NCBI GenBank assembly: GCA_965644295.1
Contig: CBFFRP010000295.1
Span: 143,858 to 207,857 of the forward strand
Direction: 5' to 3'
Origin: Paraphysomonas bandaiensis
Lineage: Eukaryota; Protista; Chrysophyceae
DNA: 64,000 nt
Positions within the stretch are counted from its first letter, which is position 1, and each line of letters opens with the position of its first letter. The notes beneath the pieces are model-generated. The model saw only the letters and a program-made list of their open reading frames with translations. It was not told where the DNA came from and did not search any database. The position numbers and the translations under genes are program-made. Of the stretch, positions 62,485 to 64,000 are shown in pieces.

Positions 62485-62848
62485 TATCCGAATCTTGGTG
62501 TTCTTCCTGCTTTTTACGAAAATTAATTTTCTCTAGATCGTGGTGAACTTTACGTGCTTTCTGATTAAGTCGAGCAGCTTTATCCACCGTTTTCCGAGCT
62601 TTATGAAGACCTTTTTCTGCTGCGCTGGAAAGGGCTCCACCTATCGGGATATTTTTTAACCCTGCGTCATTCAATATGCGTAAACCATCATCTGCCGCAT
62701 CAATAACTTTATGAGCTTTTACTACTTTTCGATCCACCTGTTTTAACCCTGAGTTAATTTTTCGTCCGATTTGTTTGCTATCCTTTTTCACCTTTTGACC
62801 GAGTCTTTTTGCTTGCTTGTTTATTTTTTTAATACCAACTCTTTTCAT
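62465..62848 (-). CDS. Small basic (K/R-rich) viral protein, candidate core protein
   Basis: 127 aa, strongly Lys/Arg-rich, amphipathic; located between penton and MCP. Confidence 0.65.
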   Translation of the reverse strand: MKRVGIKKINKQAKRLGQKVKKDSKQIGRKINSGLKQVDRKVVKAHKVIDAADDGLRILNDAGLKNIPIGGALSSAAEKGLHKARKTVDKAARLNQKARKVHHDLEKINFRKKQEEHQDSDMSSHFA

Positions 62849-62871
62849 ATGTTTTTAATAATGTAAAGATT

Positions 62872-63591
62872 TTATTTATATCGAATCACTAATGTACAGG
62901 ACCAGTGTTGACCATTTAAATCCACAATTCTACCTCTTTGATCAAGCAATCGTAAGTGTGTATTGACTAAATTCTCAATTGAGTTAACCTGTGACATTAA
63001 ATCTCCTTGATAGTAAATGACGCTATTTGGAGGAACCGAGTTTTGAATGCTGCAAAGGTAACATGCGTTCCGGGTATCGTTGCTTGATAAATTTTTTGTA
63101 ATAAAATTGCTTGAGGTGATATGTAATGTGCGAATTGGGAATAGATTAATATTAGTATTGCTGGCAATAGTTTGATTAGTTGAGGTATAAGATTGTCCTT
63201 CGCTAAGCCCAAGCAGTTCAAAGCATGTAGATGTTGTGTATAATGTAAATTCATAATTTGCATGGGTGATGGTGTATGTATTTGTTGTGGATTGATAAGT
63301 AAAGATTAACCCTGTATTGTTTTGGAGAACTGTTTTTAAAGTGCTCACATTATAATTTCCTTGAGGAATGGTGAATTGTTGAATTCCACCACTGTTAATC
63401 TCATATACTAACAGCTGATTAATATTATCTACATTATAGAAACTTGTAGGTATTTCCGCGGATTTTACCCCTACTGTTAATTCAGTAATTTGCTTAGGTA
63501 GGTCTATCCTTGGTAGGTGAAAGATTACATCGCTCGTGTTTTGATTGATTTGTAAACTGGCATCTCGGGAGTTTAAAAATACTTGAATCAT
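62872..63591 (-). CDS. Minor capsid protein (penton, single jelly-roll with insertion domain), 239 aa
   Basis: VFLNSRD, VKSAEIPTSFYNV, FTIPQGNYN...L and C-terminal LRLLDQRGRIVDLNGQHWSCTL, typical of Polinton/PLV/virophage pentons. Confidence 0.88.
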   Translation of the reverse strand: MIQVFLNSRDASLQINQNTSDVIFHLPRIDLPKQITELTVGVKSAEIPTSFYNVDNINQLLVYEINSGGIQQFTIPQGNYNVSTLKTVLQNNTGLIFTYQSTTNTYTITHANYEFTLYTTSTCFELLGLSEGQSYTSTNQTIASNTNINLFPIRTLHITSSNFITKNLSSNDTRNACYLCSIQNSVPPNSVIYYQGDLMSQVNSIENLVNTHLRLLDQRGRIVDLNGQHWSCTLVIRYK

Positions 63592-63721
63592 TGCTTATTA
63601 CTCTTGATAAAATGTTTTCGAGGATCATTTCGAATCCGGGGATATGGTCATATTCACACCCTCCGAGTCTTTTATTTATTTCATTTATATCGATAAGTAG
63701 ATGGTAATCATAATGTTCCAT
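63494..63721 (-). CDS. Small hypothetical viral ORF (75 aa) overlapping the penton start
   Basis: Fills the gap between the ATPase stop and the penton; the 98-bp overlap makes it doubtful. Confidence 0.3.
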   Translation of the reverse strand: MEHYDYHLLIDINEINKRLGGCEYDHIPGFEMILENILSRVISNDSSIFKLPRCQFTNQSKHERCNLSPTKDRPT

Positions 63722-63734
63722 TTATAATATGGAA

Positions 63735-64000
63735 TTATTTTATTTGAAGCTGGTTAAAGTTTTTATAAAATATGTTAGATACAATATCGATATCTAGATG
63801 ATTATATGCTCGATCAAATACGTAATTATATAACTCAATTGCGTGATCTTTTTTCATACGGAGTAACTCTTCGGATACCAGCTCAACTTCCTTGCGGTTT
63901 CTAAACTGGAATATTGTGACATTAGTTAACATTTTACGTAGTGTTAATTCAAATAGGTTGTAAGACTGAAGAGTAAATATAGTTGATAAACCAATGTGTC
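63735..64000 (-). CDS. A32/FtsK-HerA-family genome-packaging ATPase, C-terminal part (truncated by window edge)
   Basis: The frame is open to the edge: (R)HIGLSTIFTLQSYNLFELTLRKMLTNVTIFQFRNRKEVELV, matching the RH..S....Q.Y......R motif block of A32 ATPases. Confidence 0.85.
   Translation of the reverse strand, partial: HIGLSTIFTLQSYNLFELTLRKMLTNVTIFQFRNRKEVELVSEELLRMKKDHAIELYNYVFDRAYNHLDIDIVSNIFYKNFNQLQIK

Larger units (their letters stand above)
50811..64000. mobile_element. Endogenous Polinton/Maverick-type (Polinton-like) dsDNA virus; right end beyond window, exact left boundary uncertain
   Basis: Abrupt switch to intronless, tightly packed ORFs. pPolB, RVE integrase and GIY-YIG on +; fibre, MCP, penton and A32 ATPase on -. 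Confidence 0.93.

Noticed and set aside
50811-64000. Calling the element a Mavirus-type virophage
   Set aside because: Mavirus also has pPolB and an RVE integrase, but the MCP and pPolB motifs here look PLV/Polinton-like and no virophage protease is visible in the window. Phylogeny is needed to decide.

Overview
Eukaryotic nuclear DNA with short GT-AG introns. The gene content suggests a flagellated protist, probably a stramenopile (inference only). Bases 1-50.7 kb are host sequence. Host genes: a coiled-coil orphan, a CEP131-like gene, an MFS transporter, a full-size ABCG transporter with degenerate NBDs, an intronless orphan, Cu/Zn SOD, a histidine phosphatase (PGAM family), a CaMK-family kinase, a HECT E3 ligase and UTP18. 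Repeats among them: (TATG)n arrays (one is 6.1 kb and produces all the giant spurious ORFs), a SINE-like family of about 490 bp, hAT relics/MITEs, and a 2.3-kb TIR-bounded element lying between two TATG arrays. From about 50.8 kb to the window edge is a gene-dense, intronless, apparently intact endogenous Polinton/Polinton-like virus. Its + strand carries a left-end hairpin, tandem GIY-YIG genes, small ORFs, a protein-primed PolB, an RVE integrase (DDD-type triad) and two penton-like paralogues. Its - strand carries the virion block: fibre, major capsid protein, basic protein, penton and an A32-type packaging ATPase cut by the window edge. All assignments come from motif reading by eye; no searches were run.
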